Below, piece after piece: positions 1 through 10,657 of a stretch of DNA of 64,000 nucleotides (positions are counted from its first letter, which is position 1; each line of letters opens with the position of its first letter). Source of the DNA: an uncultured virus (IMG/VR IMGVR_UViG_3300033121_001607) (lineage: Duplodnaviria > Heunggongvirae > Uroviricota > Caudoviricetes); IMG/VR virus record IMGVR_UViG_3300033121_001607, one strand, 5' to 3'. The notes under the pieces were generated by a model. The model had not been told where the DNA came from, did not search any database, and saw nothing but the letters and a program-made list of their open reading frames with translations. The position numbers and the translations under genes are program-made.

Positions 1-1091
1 TAAGCCAACCCTCCAATACGATATGTTCCAGAAAATGTTGCATTTATTAAAGAATGAGATAAATATTTTACTCCCGTTCTTTCAGAATATTCCATTTTAA
101 TATATGAAGGCTGAGAAACCATACCCAATTGAGTATTTGTATGTATTGGATGAAATAAATACAATGAAGCGTCATAAATGTTATATTCTATTTTTGGATT
201 ATAAAAATCAAGAGTGTTAGAAGGTATGATAAAGCTGCAAGAACTATCACTTGAGAAAATACAAGTATTTTGGCTCAAGTTACCTCTATCAAATGTAGCA
301 ATTTCACCCAATCTTGCATTTGAAGTTAAAGATCCAGGATAAAGTCTTCTTATACCGTCATTTGCCAAAACAAGCAAAGTATTGTCAATAGGTATCCAGG
401 TTATATCATACAAAACAATATTTGGGGATATTGAAGCATCAATATCTCCTCTAAAAACTAAAGCGCCAGAAAGCAATGCAAAATCATAAGAATATAACGA
501 ATATGTTGTTTCGCCTGTATTCTGATTTGTAGAACTAGTAAGATACCAAATTCTTGTTGCTCTACTAGTAAGACCAGTCTGAGGAAGGTCCGTACTTGGG
601 GCAAAAAGTTCAACCTCGCAACATCCTATTTGAGTATACAAGGGAATCTGAGGATATCTAAAAACATTACTACTAAGATCGTTTGTTATGGTTTCGTAAG
701 CAAACGTATCATATTTATCCGGTACTTGAGCTTCGCAATTCGTATTATAAGCGGCTGTTCTTATAAACTCAAAAATTCTTCTATTGTTAAGATTAATAGC
801 GTCTTGATATGTTTCAACATCAATAATCGCATCCGAAAGAGTTGAGATAGAAGGCATCATAACGAAATATCCAGGCGATCTAGACCTGTCAAATGAGCGA
901 ACAGGAACTTCAACAGGATAACAACCTACGAAATAAGAAGAATATGCCAAAACCGAATGAGGGTTAGCATTATCAGCGGGATCATTTGAGTTAACACTTG
1001 TTATAGTTGTCAGAGTATCGCCGCTCTCTCTATCCTTGATATTGAGAGTACAATGCCACCATTTTCTTTTTCCAATTGATTCACCAGGCAT
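1..1091 (-). CDS. Large hypothetical protein, partial (runs off window start); probable virion structural protein
   Basis: ATG at 1091 (MPGESIGKRKWWHCTLNIKDRESG...) with GGA upstream. The frame read stays open toward position 1 and is absent from the ORF track because no stop falls in the window. Ser/Thr/Asn-rich like its neighbour. Confidence 0.65.
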   Translation of the reverse strand, partial: MPGESIGKRKWWHCTLNIKDRESGDTLTTITSVNSNDPADNANPHSVLAYSSYFVGCYPVEVPVRSFDRSRSPGYFVMMPSISTLSDAIIDVETYQDAINLNNRRIFEFIRTAAYNTNCEAQVPDKYDTFAYETITNDLSSNVFRYPQIPLYTQIGCCEVELFAPSTDLPQTGLTSRATRIWYLTSSTNQNTGETTYSLYSYDFALLSGALVFRGDIDASISPNIVLYDITWIPIDNTLLVLANDGIRRLYPGSLTSNARLGEIATFDRGNLSQNTCIFSSDSSCSFIIPSNTLDFYNPKIEYNIYDASLYLFHPIHTNTQLGMVSQPSYIKMEYSERTGVKYLSHSLINATFSGTYRIGGLA

Positions 1092-1101
1092 TCTTTAATC
1101 C

Positions 1102-4100
1102 TTACGTTTCCTTCTGGTTGTAGTAATAACGATAGCAAATATCAATTTCTGGAGAAGTAAATAGACCTTGAGGAAAGAGAAGATTCAATCCAATAACTAC
1201 ATCGTCTTCTCTTACGCCATTCACCCAATTCTTAAAAGTATATCCAATACCAACGACAACAATTTCATTATTATTACAGTCTTTTATATTATCATCTGGG
1301 GGAAAACTAAATTGAGGTCTAACATATAGATATGAATTCTCCGAGTTTAGCATATTTCTTATTTCAAAAATATCAGTAACTGGAGATGTTCTATCAGGAA
1401 GAAGTAAAAACTCTCTATTGAGTCTCTGCATTAATGGCAAATTCGAGTTCAAACTAGAACAAGAAGCAAACTGAAGAGCGTCAAGCTGATTGCCAATTGG
1501 GAAATAAAATCCTTGAACTTCCGGAGTATAACTTGATTTAATAAGCAACAAAGCATTTCCATTCTTGAATGTTGGAATATTTGTTACCGTAATAAGTATT
1601 GGAGCATTAACCGCTATATTATAATTTATAGGAGTTGTCAAATTCAAGCAATCGACAAGAGTTTCATAAGTTAATTCAATTCTATTTTGTATAATCTCTG
1701 GTCCAGTTGGTTTTGGAGGATCAATAAGATTCCAGAAGAAATCGCAAAGACCAATATCATAAACGCAGGTATAATCATGATAAATGGTAACTCTTGCCGT
1801 TCCTTCGACTTTCGTTATTCTGCCTTTCACGAGAATATCAATATTCAAATAACATCCAACTAGAGATTCTTCGTCATTGTTTTGCGCTAACAATGAAGCA
1901 AGATATCTTTTAACTGCATGTTCAATTCTTAGAATCCAAACTTGAGGATTTCCAGGAACAGGTATTAAAGATATTGCATTTGCAATTTCTGACGGAAGAT
2001 TAGTAGTTATACTAAAATCATAGCCTTCATCGTCGTCAAATACATTTCTACTATAATAAGAACCAAGATGGAAAATATCTCCTGAAGAATCAACTGTAAG
2101 CGAAGCTTCTGGAGAAATAAGAACGTCCCAAGATCCTCTATTATCAAGAACAAGACCGAAAACTCTTGCCACCTTAGATTCGGTTTGAGATTTTGTATTA
2201 TTAGTTCGATTAACTGCCAAAAAGCCAAACTGGTCTAATTCTGCCGGTTTATTTGTTATCTTTAAAGATACTGAATCAAGAACGCACGAATCCTCAATTA
2301 TTACATCCATAATTGTTGAATAAACAGGAACCGATATCACAGCAGGAACCCCAAGACCCTGTTCCGTCCAAACACTCGTAAACTTAGAGTCAGTTGGTAC
2401 GAATGCATTCAGAGAGTAAGGATTGTAACCATTGCTATATCTTATTAATCCAGAATAACAAGATGCATTTGAAGTGTATGTTGTTACTGAATCTTCGGTT
2501 GTTCTGCTCTTGACTAAAAGATAAACAACATCAGCATCTAATGTTGTAAAACTAATCGGAAAAACAGTATTATAAACAGGTTCAAAAAAAGCGTTTGGAG
2601 CAGTATAAGGATAGAAAATACCGTCTTTTTCATATCCGCCAAGAGCAACTTGCACGCCGCTTGTGGTTGTTCCGTCACCAGAAGAACCACCTCCGCCTGT
2701 TGTTGCAAACGCAATATTATAAGAAAGAGTTACGCTCTCTGTTGGTATCAAAACATTCGAGATATTCGTTACTGTTCCATTTAGTGTTTTAGGAAGAGGA
2801 TTGGCTTTTATATCTCCAGTTGTAAATGGAGAAACGAGTCTTGAAGGTCTCGCATCCGAATGCTGATTTGTTGATAAATTTATGCTTACATCAATATTTG
2901 AAGCCCAATCATTTTGTATAGCATTCACCAAAGAAACGAGAGTGCTATATTGAGATAGTTGATATCTTCTAATATATGAAACTTCGGCTTGAGCATTCAT
3001 ATTTATATTACCCTGAGAAACTAAATCCCAAGGGCTAATCGGAGATGAATTAAAAAGGATAATCGAGTTGCCATAGTTTGAGTCAACAAGAGACGCTGTA
3101 ATATAATTCGAAGCACTAGAGTTTATAATATTCACAAACTCGCCTAGCGTTGTAAATGCGTCTCCTTGAACTTGAATAGAATTCGAATTGCTACCCGTTA
3201 GTTTGAACTTAGCAAAAGTATTTGCAACCGAAACGCCAGTTGAAGGCTGTAAAGTTGCGTTAACTGGTGCTGAATAATATTTTTCCCACAAAGAAGGACC
3301 GTAAGATCCAAAGAAAATGTTTGTAACAAGAGTAGCGGTTGGTGCGAAAAGAATGGTAGCCGGCAAGCCTGTATAAAAGGATATAGGAATGGAGCAGCTT
3401 ATTTGTAGTCTAGGCGGCAATAATGAATAAGACGGATAAGACCCTCTAACGCTTGAATTCGCTATAATTGCATTGAGTTGGTTTTCAATGCTTGTTGCAA
3501 CTTGTTGTATAGTTGAATTGGTTTGAGTATCAACAATAACAGGAAGTCCCTGTTCTAATAAACTTGTATTATATTGGGAATAATGCGTGCTGTCAGAAGA
3601 TATGTCTAATAGGCAGCTAGCATTAGAAGAGATTGCGTGACCATATTGAACCCTATTTTCAACCAAATTAACATATGTATTAGCAAGAGAAAATCCAAAT
3701 GGAACCAAAGCAAGATCTCTCCACTCAGATAAATCTGGAATTGACCATTCTAATACAAGGCCATAACTGCCGAATGTTTGTATAAGCCATTGCTCAAACT
3801 CTCTAAATGTTTTTCTTACAGGGCTAGAAGGATCTGTTATCAAATCATGGGGTATAAACTCTTTTTGAAAACTGGAAGAACTTGCATTTTCTGGTTCAAG
3901 AACAAAAACAATAGAATTTGGCGTGTTTGGTGCAGAAACTAGGTCCGAAATAGATTCGGATCTAATATCTCCCATTCTGCCGTATTGATATATTGTTACA
4001 ATATTAAAAGAAAGACCATTATGCCATAATGGGTATTGATTTAATAACTGACTCCTTACTTCTGCAACAAAATCCTTAACGGTCATATCATTGGAAAAAT

Positions 4101-5307
4101 TCTCGTATCTAAAAGTTTCCGGTCCATTATGATAACCAACAAGTTCAAAATAGTTATTTAGAGAATTTGTTCTATCTATATTTAGAGTTACAGATACAAA
4201 AACATTTCCAGTTTGATTCTGAATATTAAAAGGCCTTCTTACAGCGGTATTAGAGTCATTACAGTTGTAACTTAGCACAAGCTTGTTATTTCCAGAATTA
4301 GAAGAGCTAAGTCCAACGGAATTTGCTACATAAATGTAATATCGCAACATCTCGCCAGACTGCAAAGTTCCATTAGTGTATTTCGCAATACCATATTGTA
4401 TGGAATACTTAAGTCTTCTATATGTAGAAGCTTCTTTATAAGGGGTTGTACCACCGCCTGCTCCGCCACTCGGTAATCTCCACAAACCAATAGAGGCAGT
4501 CATGTTGAGATTCAAATTCGTAGTTATGGTTCCATCTGTTAAAGGTAACAAAGTAAGGTTTAATGGAACAATTCTTATGCCTTCTTGATTTGTAAAATCC
4601 TCAACAACATCAAGATGTAAAGTATAATCAGCAGGACTTACATTGTTATAATAAATAGTTGCCAAAGATATGTTTCTAGAAATTGACCAATTTTTCTGTA
4701 TAGATAATGCAGGAATAGTTTGTCTTATATTGCCGGCGTTGATAGACAATTCGCCATTATCAACCGAAACAATGATTGGATTTGGAAAACTCGAAGAAGG
4801 AGCATTACTGCCATCAAAATTCAGAAACGGTATTACAATATCATTACTTGGGACATCTACATTTGAATCTTCAAATGGAATATTTACAGTAAACTCTCTT
4901 ATGCCGGAATTTGCAATAGGAGTTAGATTTACTGTAAAGCTTGCAATATCATCAATTCCATTAGAAGCTGGCGTTTCAACTAAAAAAATTGAACTTCTAA
5001 TAATAGAAAGTTGAGAGTTTGTTAGTCCAGTCCCTGAAACTGTTATAACAGGATTTCCTGTTGAAATATTTCTCTTAACTCTAAATTGCCCGCTATAAAT
5101 AGTTCCATCAGGATCTTGACCAGGAACACCAACAACCGTCATTGTACAAACACTCGTTTCGGGATTTGGAACCTGAGACGAGATAGATATATTCAAAAGA
5201 AAAGGGCCGGGTTCCGGTATATCAACAGGAACTCCGTCATAGATCATTGAAGGACCAATAAACCTCTGTTCTCGAAAGTTTATATTTGATACATACGATT
5301 GAGCCAT
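1102..5307 (-). CDS. 1401-aa Ser/Thr/Asn-rich hypothetical protein, probable virion (tail/baseplate/fibre) protein
   Basis: Long ORF with beta-rich composition and Gly linkers (GGAGGG, GGGGSSG); no enzyme motif. The structural role is inferred. Confidence 0.5.
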   Translation of the reverse strand: MAQSYVSNINFREQRFIGPSMIYDGVPVDIPEPGPFLLNISISSQVPNPETSVCTMTVVGVPGQDPDGTIYSGQFRVKRNISTGNPVITVSGTGLTNSQLSIIRSSIFLVETPASNGIDDIASFTVNLTPIANSGIREFTVNIPFEDSNVDVPSNDIVIPFLNFDGSNAPSSSFPNPIIVSVDNGELSINAGNIRQTIPALSIQKNWSISRNISLATIYYNNVSPADYTLHLDVVEDFTNQEGIRIVPLNLTLLPLTDGTITTNLNLNMTASIGLWRLPSGGAGGGTTPYKEASTYRRLKYSIQYGIAKYTNGTLQSGEMLRYYIYVANSVGLSSSNSGNNKLVLSYNCNDSNTAVRRPFNIQNQTGNVFVSVTLNIDRTNSLNNYFELVGYHNGPETFRYENFSNDMTVKDFVAEVRSQLLNQYPLWHNGLSFNIVTIYQYGRMGDIRSESISDLVSAPNTPNSIVFVLEPENASSSSFQKEFIPHDLITDPSSPVRKTFREFEQWLIQTFGSYGLVLEWSIPDLSEWRDLALVPFGFSLANTYVNLVENRVQYGHAISSNASCLLDISSDSTHYSQYNTSLLEQGLPVIVDTQTNSTIQQVATSIENQLNAIIANSSVRGSYPSYSLLPPRLQISCSIPISFYTGLPATILFAPTATLVTNIFFGSYGPSLWEKYYSAPVNATLQPSTGVSVANTFAKFKLTGSNSNSIQVQGDAFTTLGEFVNIINSSASNYITASLVDSNYGNSIILFNSSPISPWDLVSQGNINMNAQAEVSYIRRYQLSQYSTLVSLVNAIQNDWASNIDVSINLSTNQHSDARPSRLVSPFTTGDIKANPLPKTLNGTVTNISNVLIPTESVTLSYNIAFATTGGGGSSGDGTTTSGVQVALGGYEKDGIFYPYTAPNAFFEPVYNTVFPISFTTLDADVVYLLVKSRTTEDSVTTYTSNASCYSGLIRYSNGYNPYSLNAFVPTDSKFTSVWTEQGLGVPAVISVPVYSTIMDVIIEDSCVLDSVSLKITNKPAELDQFGFLAVNRTNNTKSQTESKVARVFGLVLDNRGSWDVLISPEASLTVDSSGDIFHLGSYYSRNVFDDDEGYDFSITTNLPSEIANAISLIPVPGNPQVWILRIEHAVKRYLASLLAQNNDEESLVGCYLNIDILVKGRITKVEGTARVTIYHDYTCVYDIGLCDFFWNLIDPPKPTGPEIIQNRIELTYETLVDCLNLTTPINYNIAVNAPILITVTNIPTFKNGNALLLIKSSYTPEVQGFYFPIGNQLDALQFASCSSLNSNLPLMQRLNREFLLLPDRTSPVTDIFEIRNMLNSENSYLYVRPQFSFPPDDNIKDCNNNEIVVVGIGYTFKNWVNGVREDDVVIGLNLLFPQGLFTSPEIDICYRYYYNQKET

Positions 5308-5313
5308 CTATTT

Positions 5314-8001
5314 TCAAACCTTTACATACTTACCAGGAAGCTCTACGCCAACCTCAACTCGCTTCTTTTTGCCATTTGAATCTTCTAATATAACATATCC
5401 ATCAGATTTTGAAACAACTCTAAAAGTTTCTTCTTTACTAGGCTCAAAAGCTATACCTGAAGATTTGCTTCTAAATCTATCTCCAACAATAACCATTGAA
5501 GAAGAGCCAGGTTCTCTATAAATCATCGACTTAACGCCCTCCCATTCTGAAGGCGAACCTTCACCGGGGAGCCTGCCGCCAGTGCCAAATTCAGAAGCAG
5601 AACTTGCGTCTGCTTCTTTTACTCTATTATACCAGCCTTGCGACCTTTTTGGACTATACATATTCTCAATCTCCATTCGCATAGATTCAACAAACGCAAT
5701 TGCTTGCTGTTCGTCTACGATGTTACCGCCAAGCTGTTCTTCAAGAAGCTTGTCTTGAATATACTTAATGAAAGAAGGTAATCCCTTTGGGGGCTTAGGG
5801 GACAAATTCGGGAACATTTGCTGTAAACGATTACCGTCAACAAGCGGCTTCATCTGAATTGGAATGGGTCTATTCAAGTATTCTCTCATTTGCTCAGCAT
5901 GTTGACCCTTTAGATCGAAGTCAGGCTGATCGCCTTCCTCGGATTTTGCCATTGTATCTGCCTGAGCATGCATCATAACAAACTCCCAAAGATCCTTTCG
6001 ATCGCTACCTGGGATCTGTGTATCACGCATAAACTTGCCAATTGATTTATTAGTCCAAGAATCAGTATGAGGTCTCATGTGTTGGCGAACAACAACATTG
6101 ACGAACTTACGATCGTCTTCGCCAATACCAATTCTCTTCATAATAGCGTCAGCTATGTCGGCAGATTTATCTTCATGACCGACATAAGTATATTCGCCTG
6201 GATCGTGTTCTTTAGGCTTACCAATTTCAGGATGAGCCTTGCCATAATCATGAAAGACCGCAGCCATAAGCATATTGATTCGGTCCTTCTTGGAAATATT
6301 TCTCTGCTTCATTAGTTTATCAAGATTTTCTACAACTCTCAGTGTATGCTCAAGAAGATTAAACTTATGATGCCTATTCCTTTGATCCATGTTAAGAGGA
6401 AGAAGATTTCTTGTTTCTTCTGCGTCAAAAATAGCAGCGTCAAGTCCTGTTGCGAACATAGCTCGAATAGCAGCCGCAGGCCTTTCTGCGCCAAACATCT
6501 TAATAATTTCAGGACCAGCCCTTTCGGGCGCAACCTTACTCCTATAAGCGTTATGAACCTCAGGATCTCTCATCGCATTAAGAGTAAGTTCGTCAATATT
6601 TGCATTTGGATAACGACTATAGAAGCGGAAAACCCTAAGCATACGCAAAGGATCGTCCATGAATGTCTTTTTCGGATCAAGAGGCGTCCTAAGAACCATA
6701 GATTGAAGATCTTTGAGGCCTCCAACATAATCTTCAACCTGACCTGTATTGATATTATAGAACATGGCGTTGATTGTCAAATCTCGCCTTTGAGCGTCAA
6801 TTTTGGGATCGTCAGAAAGAGTCATTGTTGGAATACGAGAATCACCATAGCTCTCGTCTCGAAGATTAACAAAATCGATCTTCAAGCCACCAATATCAAG
6901 AGCCGTCGTTTCAAGATGCTTGGATTTTTCAACGTTCTGCTTTACAATATATGCAGAATCAACTTTAATAGGAGAGCCTGGAACCATCCTAGTGTATTCG
7001 ATAGCCTTGTTAACAAACTGTTGTCCGGTCATTTTGTCAAGAGCTATATCAATATCATCGCTTGGGGTTCCAAGAAGTTTGTCTCGAACCCAGCCACCCG
7101 CAACTCTGAAAGTAATACCCAAAGACATCTTTGTATTGATATCCATGAGAGTTGCAAAAATTGTTTGCTCTTGAGGGGTTAGATTGATTTGAGGCATTGC
7201 TGCTGCTTCTTTTTTACGTCCAATATGTCTAACTATACTATCAAAAAATCCAGAGTTAGCCCAATACTCGGCTGTATATCTTTCTGGCCTTCTTTTGTAT
7301 ATTTTACTGTCGGGATGTCTGTCCCATCTTATTGATAATACATCTTGCAATGCCTGTGTTGGGCTAATAGACCTGCACTTCTCTTTATGTATACCAAGAG
7401 AAGGTATATCAACTTCAAATAAATGCATTGTTCTTGCAAATTTATACTTATCTATGCCGGGTATAAAAGAGGTCGTATATACAGGACATCCGATGCCGGT
7501 TTCTTTGGAAATTGCCTCAACTACTCGAACGTTTTCGTACCCGCCTCCCTCAACAACGATGCAGTTAATCGCATCTGTTATATCGAGTTCATTGGAATCA
7601 AAAATCGCAAGACCACCATAGGTCTTGACTTCGCAACCATTCTTTTCTGCAATTTTGCTCGGGTCTAACGACAAGAGCAATCTGCATTTCTGTTCTTTGA
7701 AAATTCTATCAGAAGCAGTATTGGAAAACAATAAAATATTAGACGGAGCGGCAACTCTTTTTGTTTCTAATATTCTACGAAGCTGAACGATATCGCATGG
7801 ATAAACCGATTTGCCATAAAACTCTTTATTTTCAAAAACAACTTGCAATAAATGTCTTGGAGAAACTTGCAAGATTTTTTCCGTATCCCTAACAGAGAGA
7901 AAAGCGCAAATTATATCCTTAGCAAGATCTTCAGTCAGTTTCTGATTGCAATTTTGCTGATAAATCGTAATCGTGTCTTTGATGATTGTTTCGAAATCCA
8001 T
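5314..8001 (-). CDS. cca: Class II tRNA nucleotidyltransferase (CCA-adding enzyme) with HD domain, plus ~270-aa N-terminal and ~100-aa C-terminal extensions
   Basis: RVAGGWVRDKLLG..DDIDI, SKHLET, IDFVNLR, RRDLTINAMFYN and DDPLR motifs; HD domain HT..V...FHDYGK...GHE...HM. Confidence 0.9.
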   Translation of the reverse strand: MDFETIIKDTITIYQQNCNQKLTEDLAKDIICAFLSVRDTEKILQVSPRHLLQVVFENKEFYGKSVYPCDIVQLRRILETKRVAAPSNILLFSNTASDRIFKEQKCRLLLSLDPSKIAEKNGCEVKTYGGLAIFDSNELDITDAINCIVVEGGGYENVRVVEAISKETGIGCPVYTTSFIPGIDKYKFARTMHLFEVDIPSLGIHKEKCRSISPTQALQDVLSIRWDRHPDSKIYKRRPERYTAEYWANSGFFDSIVRHIGRKKEAAAMPQINLTPQEQTIFATLMDINTKMSLGITFRVAGGWVRDKLLGTPSDDIDIALDKMTGQQFVNKAIEYTRMVPGSPIKVDSAYIVKQNVEKSKHLETTALDIGGLKIDFVNLRDESYGDSRIPTMTLSDDPKIDAQRRDLTINAMFYNINTGQVEDYVGGLKDLQSMVLRTPLDPKKTFMDDPLRMLRVFRFYSRYPNANIDELTLNAMRDPEVHNAYRSKVAPERAGPEIIKMFGAERPAAAIRAMFATGLDAAIFDAEETRNLLPLNMDQRNRHHKFNLLEHTLRVVENLDKLMKQRNISKKDRINMLMAAVFHDYGKAHPEIGKPKEHDPGEYTYVGHEDKSADIADAIMKRIGIGEDDRKFVNVVVRQHMRPHTDSWTNKSIGKFMRDTQIPGSDRKDLWEFVMMHAQADTMAKSEEGDQPDFDLKGQHAEQMREYLNRPIPIQMKPLVDGNRLQQMFPNLSPKPPKGLPSFIKYIQDKLLEEQLGGNIVDEQQAIAFVESMRMEIENMYSPKRSQGWYNRVKEADASSASEFGTGGRLPGEGSPSEWEGVKSMIYREPGSSSMVIVGDRFRSKSSGIAFEPSKEETFRVVSKSDGYVILEDSNGKKKRVEVGVELPGKYVKV

Positions 8002-8003
8002 TA

Positions 8004-8222
8004 TTAAGACCTTTTTCTCCTACATCCTCCGCAACCAGGTTTCGCAGGCTTTGGAGCAGGAGGGGCTTGAGGCGCTGGCGCGGGCGGAGCAGTCGGCGAT
8101 GTTTTTGGTTGATTTGGAGGAGTTTGAGATTGAGAAATTAATGTTGCAGGCTTCATTTGTGGCGTTCCTAGACCAATCTTTTGAAATAATCTTTTCTTTT
8201 GTATGATATCATTTAGTGACAT
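8004..8222 (-). CDS. Small Pro-rich hypothetical protein with C-terminal GCGGC
   Basis: ORF tiles the gap between neighbours; PPAPAP repeats and a CxxC end. Confidence 0.55.
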   Translation of the reverse strand: MSLNDIIQKKRLFQKIGLGTPQMKPATLISQSQTPPNQPKTSPTAPPAPAPQAPPAPKPAKPGCGGCRRKRS

Positions 8223-8877
8223 TCAGTGTCTCCGTTTCCTTAACTACTACATCTAGAATATCTTGTATGGCTTGTTTAGCCTCTGGGCTTTTAGCATCAT
8301 TCCATTTGATTGTCATAACATTATTAAGCCTTTCAATCAATATCTTAACTGGTTCGTTTTCTGATTGCAATGCCTTAATACGCTCTTGGACCTTGGTTGC
8401 CTGATCAATAAGCTTTATTAGAGTCTCATGGCTTTTTCGCATTTCCTCAGGATTGGTTTGATGAATTGCAGAAGCAAGCATGTGTATTTGCTGATCAAGC
8501 AAGGAGGAATAAAGTCTTAGACGATCTTCGTCCTGCATCTTAATTTTAGAGTAATCTTCCAAATTCTCTGCATAAGCCTTTATTCTAGCTTCTATCATTG
8601 GTCTTTGATAATGCTGAACAAAATGATTATGAACGGCTTTGTCAGAAATATCTTCCTTCTTGCTCTTTAGCCATTTATAGACATAATGAGGATTCTTGCC
8701 TTCGGCAAACATTTCCTCAGCCTCTGTCCTGTAAATTGAATTACAGAGTTTGCAGTTTGTTTTGACTATAGGATGGCATGTTAGGTCTTTAGCGTAATCA
8801 ATAATACTAGAATACTCTCTTGGATCTTTCGCAAGAGCTTTTGTTTCTACTTTTTGTATGTCTTTATCTTCGGCCAC
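8209..8877 (-). CDS. Hypothetical protein with CxxC...HxHxxxH zinc/HTH-like N-terminus and helical C-terminus (possibly terminase small subunit-like)
   Basis: GTG start with AGGAG RBS; CKLC...ISDKAVHNHFVQH. Confidence 0.45.
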   Translation of the reverse strand: MAEDKDIQKVETKALAKDPREYSSIIDYAKDLTCHPIVKTNCKLCNSIYRTEAEEMFAEGKNPHYVYKWLKSKKEDISDKAVHNHFVQHYQRPMIEARIKAYAENLEDYSKIKMQDEDRLRLYSSLLDQQIHMLASAIHQTNPEEMRKSHETLIKLIDQATKVQERIKALQSENEPVKILIERLNNVMTIKWNDAKSPEAKQAIQDILDVVVKETETLNVTK

Positions 8878-8889
8878 AATTTTCTCCTA

Positions 8890-9288
8890 TTAGAACAAGC
8901 CTTTTTTAGGTTTGAGGTAATTTTTAGGACCGTCTGAGAACTCTTTCCTAAACTCTATAAGCTTAGAAATTCTTTTATCAAGCTCTACTGCGGCCTCTTT
9001 ACATAGATCAGCAAACTTCGAAGGAGAATCCATCGCAACTTTATCAGCTTGTTCCAAAAGCTCTATAACAATCGGAAATGATGAAATCTTCTTATTAGAC
9101 CTTAACTCGGCAACGACGCCTCTTGCTCCTCTTTGCGTTTGATAAACCAACCTTGCGCAGTAGTCAAGCATATCAGCAATGCCTGTTAAGGATTCAATTC
9201 TTGAATTAACAAGATTTCTGTCGGAAAAGTTCTCAATCTTAAAAGATTGATCCTCGTCAAAGATTTGCTGGCTCTTTTTGTACCACAT
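8890..9288 (-). CDS. Hypothetical protein (N-terminal MWYKKSQ)
   Basis: ORF coupled to the upstream stop (TAATG). Confidence 0.6.
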   Translation of the reverse strand: MWYKKSQQIFDEDQSFKIENFSDRNLVNSRIESLTGIADMLDYCARLVYQTQRGARGVVAELRSNKKISSFPIVIELLEQADKVAMDSPSKFADLCKEAAVELDKRISKLIEFRKEFSDGPKNYLKPKKGLF

Positions 9289-10016
9289 TAGTTCACCTTT
9301 TTGATTTGTATATCAAAGCTTTCTGTAGCGTCAGCAAAATCTCCGTTTGGAGACTTTTGTAATACTATGCCCTCTAAACTATCACCATTGACCTGAATAT
9401 AAAAGGCTTCCATACCTGTAAGCTCTCCCTTAACTGACATAGAGAACTTATTACCGAGTATGCTAAAAACGACTCTCATACCTTCTTCGCTTTGATAGAA
9501 GTTTTGAGCATTCTTAGCAATTGCTTTCGTATTAGCAACAATTCTTCTAACTTTTAGTTCTTTAGCGGCGGTCCTTATAGCCCCTCTTAAAGTTTCCATG
9601 TCTGTCTCGTATGTTTCTTCAGAAAGAGGAATCTTTACAAGTTCTTCGAGAATCGGGTTGTAAATACCAAAATCAACTTTTGCAGTTTTAGCTGTCTTAT
9701 CCTTACTCGCCGACATTTTCATTTGAGGAACAGAAGCAAAAGAAGTTATTCTTGAAAGTAAAGAATCCTTATCAAGGTGACAACCGTTCTTATCAATTAC
9801 AAACTCATTGTCCTTCTCAACCTCTCCTTCGGTTATATCATGGTCTTTTACATCTTCTACGCCTTCTGCGTCTTCGTCGCTACTAACAGACTCGCCTTTT
9901 CCTGCCTTCAAAAGCGCAGCCTCTAAAAAGTTGTCATTAATATGAACGCCATGCATATCAACCGTCTTGCCGTCGATAACCTCTTTCTGTCCTCTTGTTG
10001 AGGGTATATCAGCCAT
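9288..10016 (-). CDS. Hypothetical protein
   Basis: ORF with GGAGG RBS, overlaps the ruvC stop. Confidence 0.6.
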   Translation of the reverse strand: MADIPSTRGQKEVIDGKTVDMHGVHINDNFLEAALLKAGKGESVSSDEDAEGVEDVKDHDITEGEVEKDNEFVIDKNGCHLDKDSLLSRITSFASVPQMKMSASKDKTAKTAKVDFGIYNPILEELVKIPLSEETYETDMETLRGAIRTAAKELKVRRIVANTKAIAKNAQNFYQSEEGMRVVFSILGNKFSMSVKGELTGMEAFYIQVNGDSLEGIVLQKSPNGDFADATESFDIQIKKVN

Positions 10017-10653
10017 TCGCGTGCCTCCTAATATATTCAGCTATCAAAAGTGATTCGGCTTTACCATCGTCCTTCTTTAGCTCAAAACACTCCTTCAATT
10101 CAGGATACAATTTTCCGGCCAATTCTCTTGCTTTATCTTTTGCAAGTTTTTTGGCTTTATCCATATCCTGTTTGTGCTGCTTCTTTGCGTCCTTATGTTT
10201 TTTTCTATCAGTCGCAGACAGTCTATTAACTTCAATAGGCTTTAGTTTGAGAATATCAGGCTTATCAAGTTTTTTAAGCAAATCGTCAGGCCATTCGGTT
10301 TTCCATGTCAACGGAGTAATAAGTTTCAACTCAAAGCCTAGACACCCAATAATGCCCTTCCAAATACCAAATCCCTCTCCAAAATGGAACATACTCACAG
10401 TGCCCTGACCAGGCATGGCGGACACCTTTTCAAGACAAACTAAAACATTCTTACCTTGATATGACCTAAGAGTATCTGATATAAGCTTAACATTATATTC
10501 GTTTTTAGCTTTTGCTTTTCCAGTAGCTTTTGTCTTTATAACAGGAACGCCATAAACCTTAGTATCAATAATCTTTCCGTCTTTTTGAGTTATAACAGAA
10601 TAAGCGCCGCCAAGCCCAGGGTCTATACCAATAAAATGAAATTCGTCACTCAT
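10009..10653 (-). CDS. ruvC: RuvC-like Holliday junction resolvase
   Basis: IGIDPGLGG, LEKV..MPGQG..SMFHFG, P..WK and KDDGKAESLLIA, an RNase H-fold resolvase pattern. Confidence 0.8.
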   Translation of the reverse strand: MSDEFHFIGIDPGLGGAYSVITQKDGKIIDTKVYGVPVIKTKATGKAKAKNEYNVKLISDTLRSYQGKNVLVCLEKVSAMPGQGTVSMFHFGEGFGIWKGIIGCLGFELKLITPLTWKTEWPDDLLKKLDKPDILKLKPIEVNRLSATDRKKHKDAKKQHKQDMDKAKKLAKDKARELAGKLYPELKECFELKKDDGKAESLLIAEYIRRHANG

Positions 10654-10657
10654 GTAG

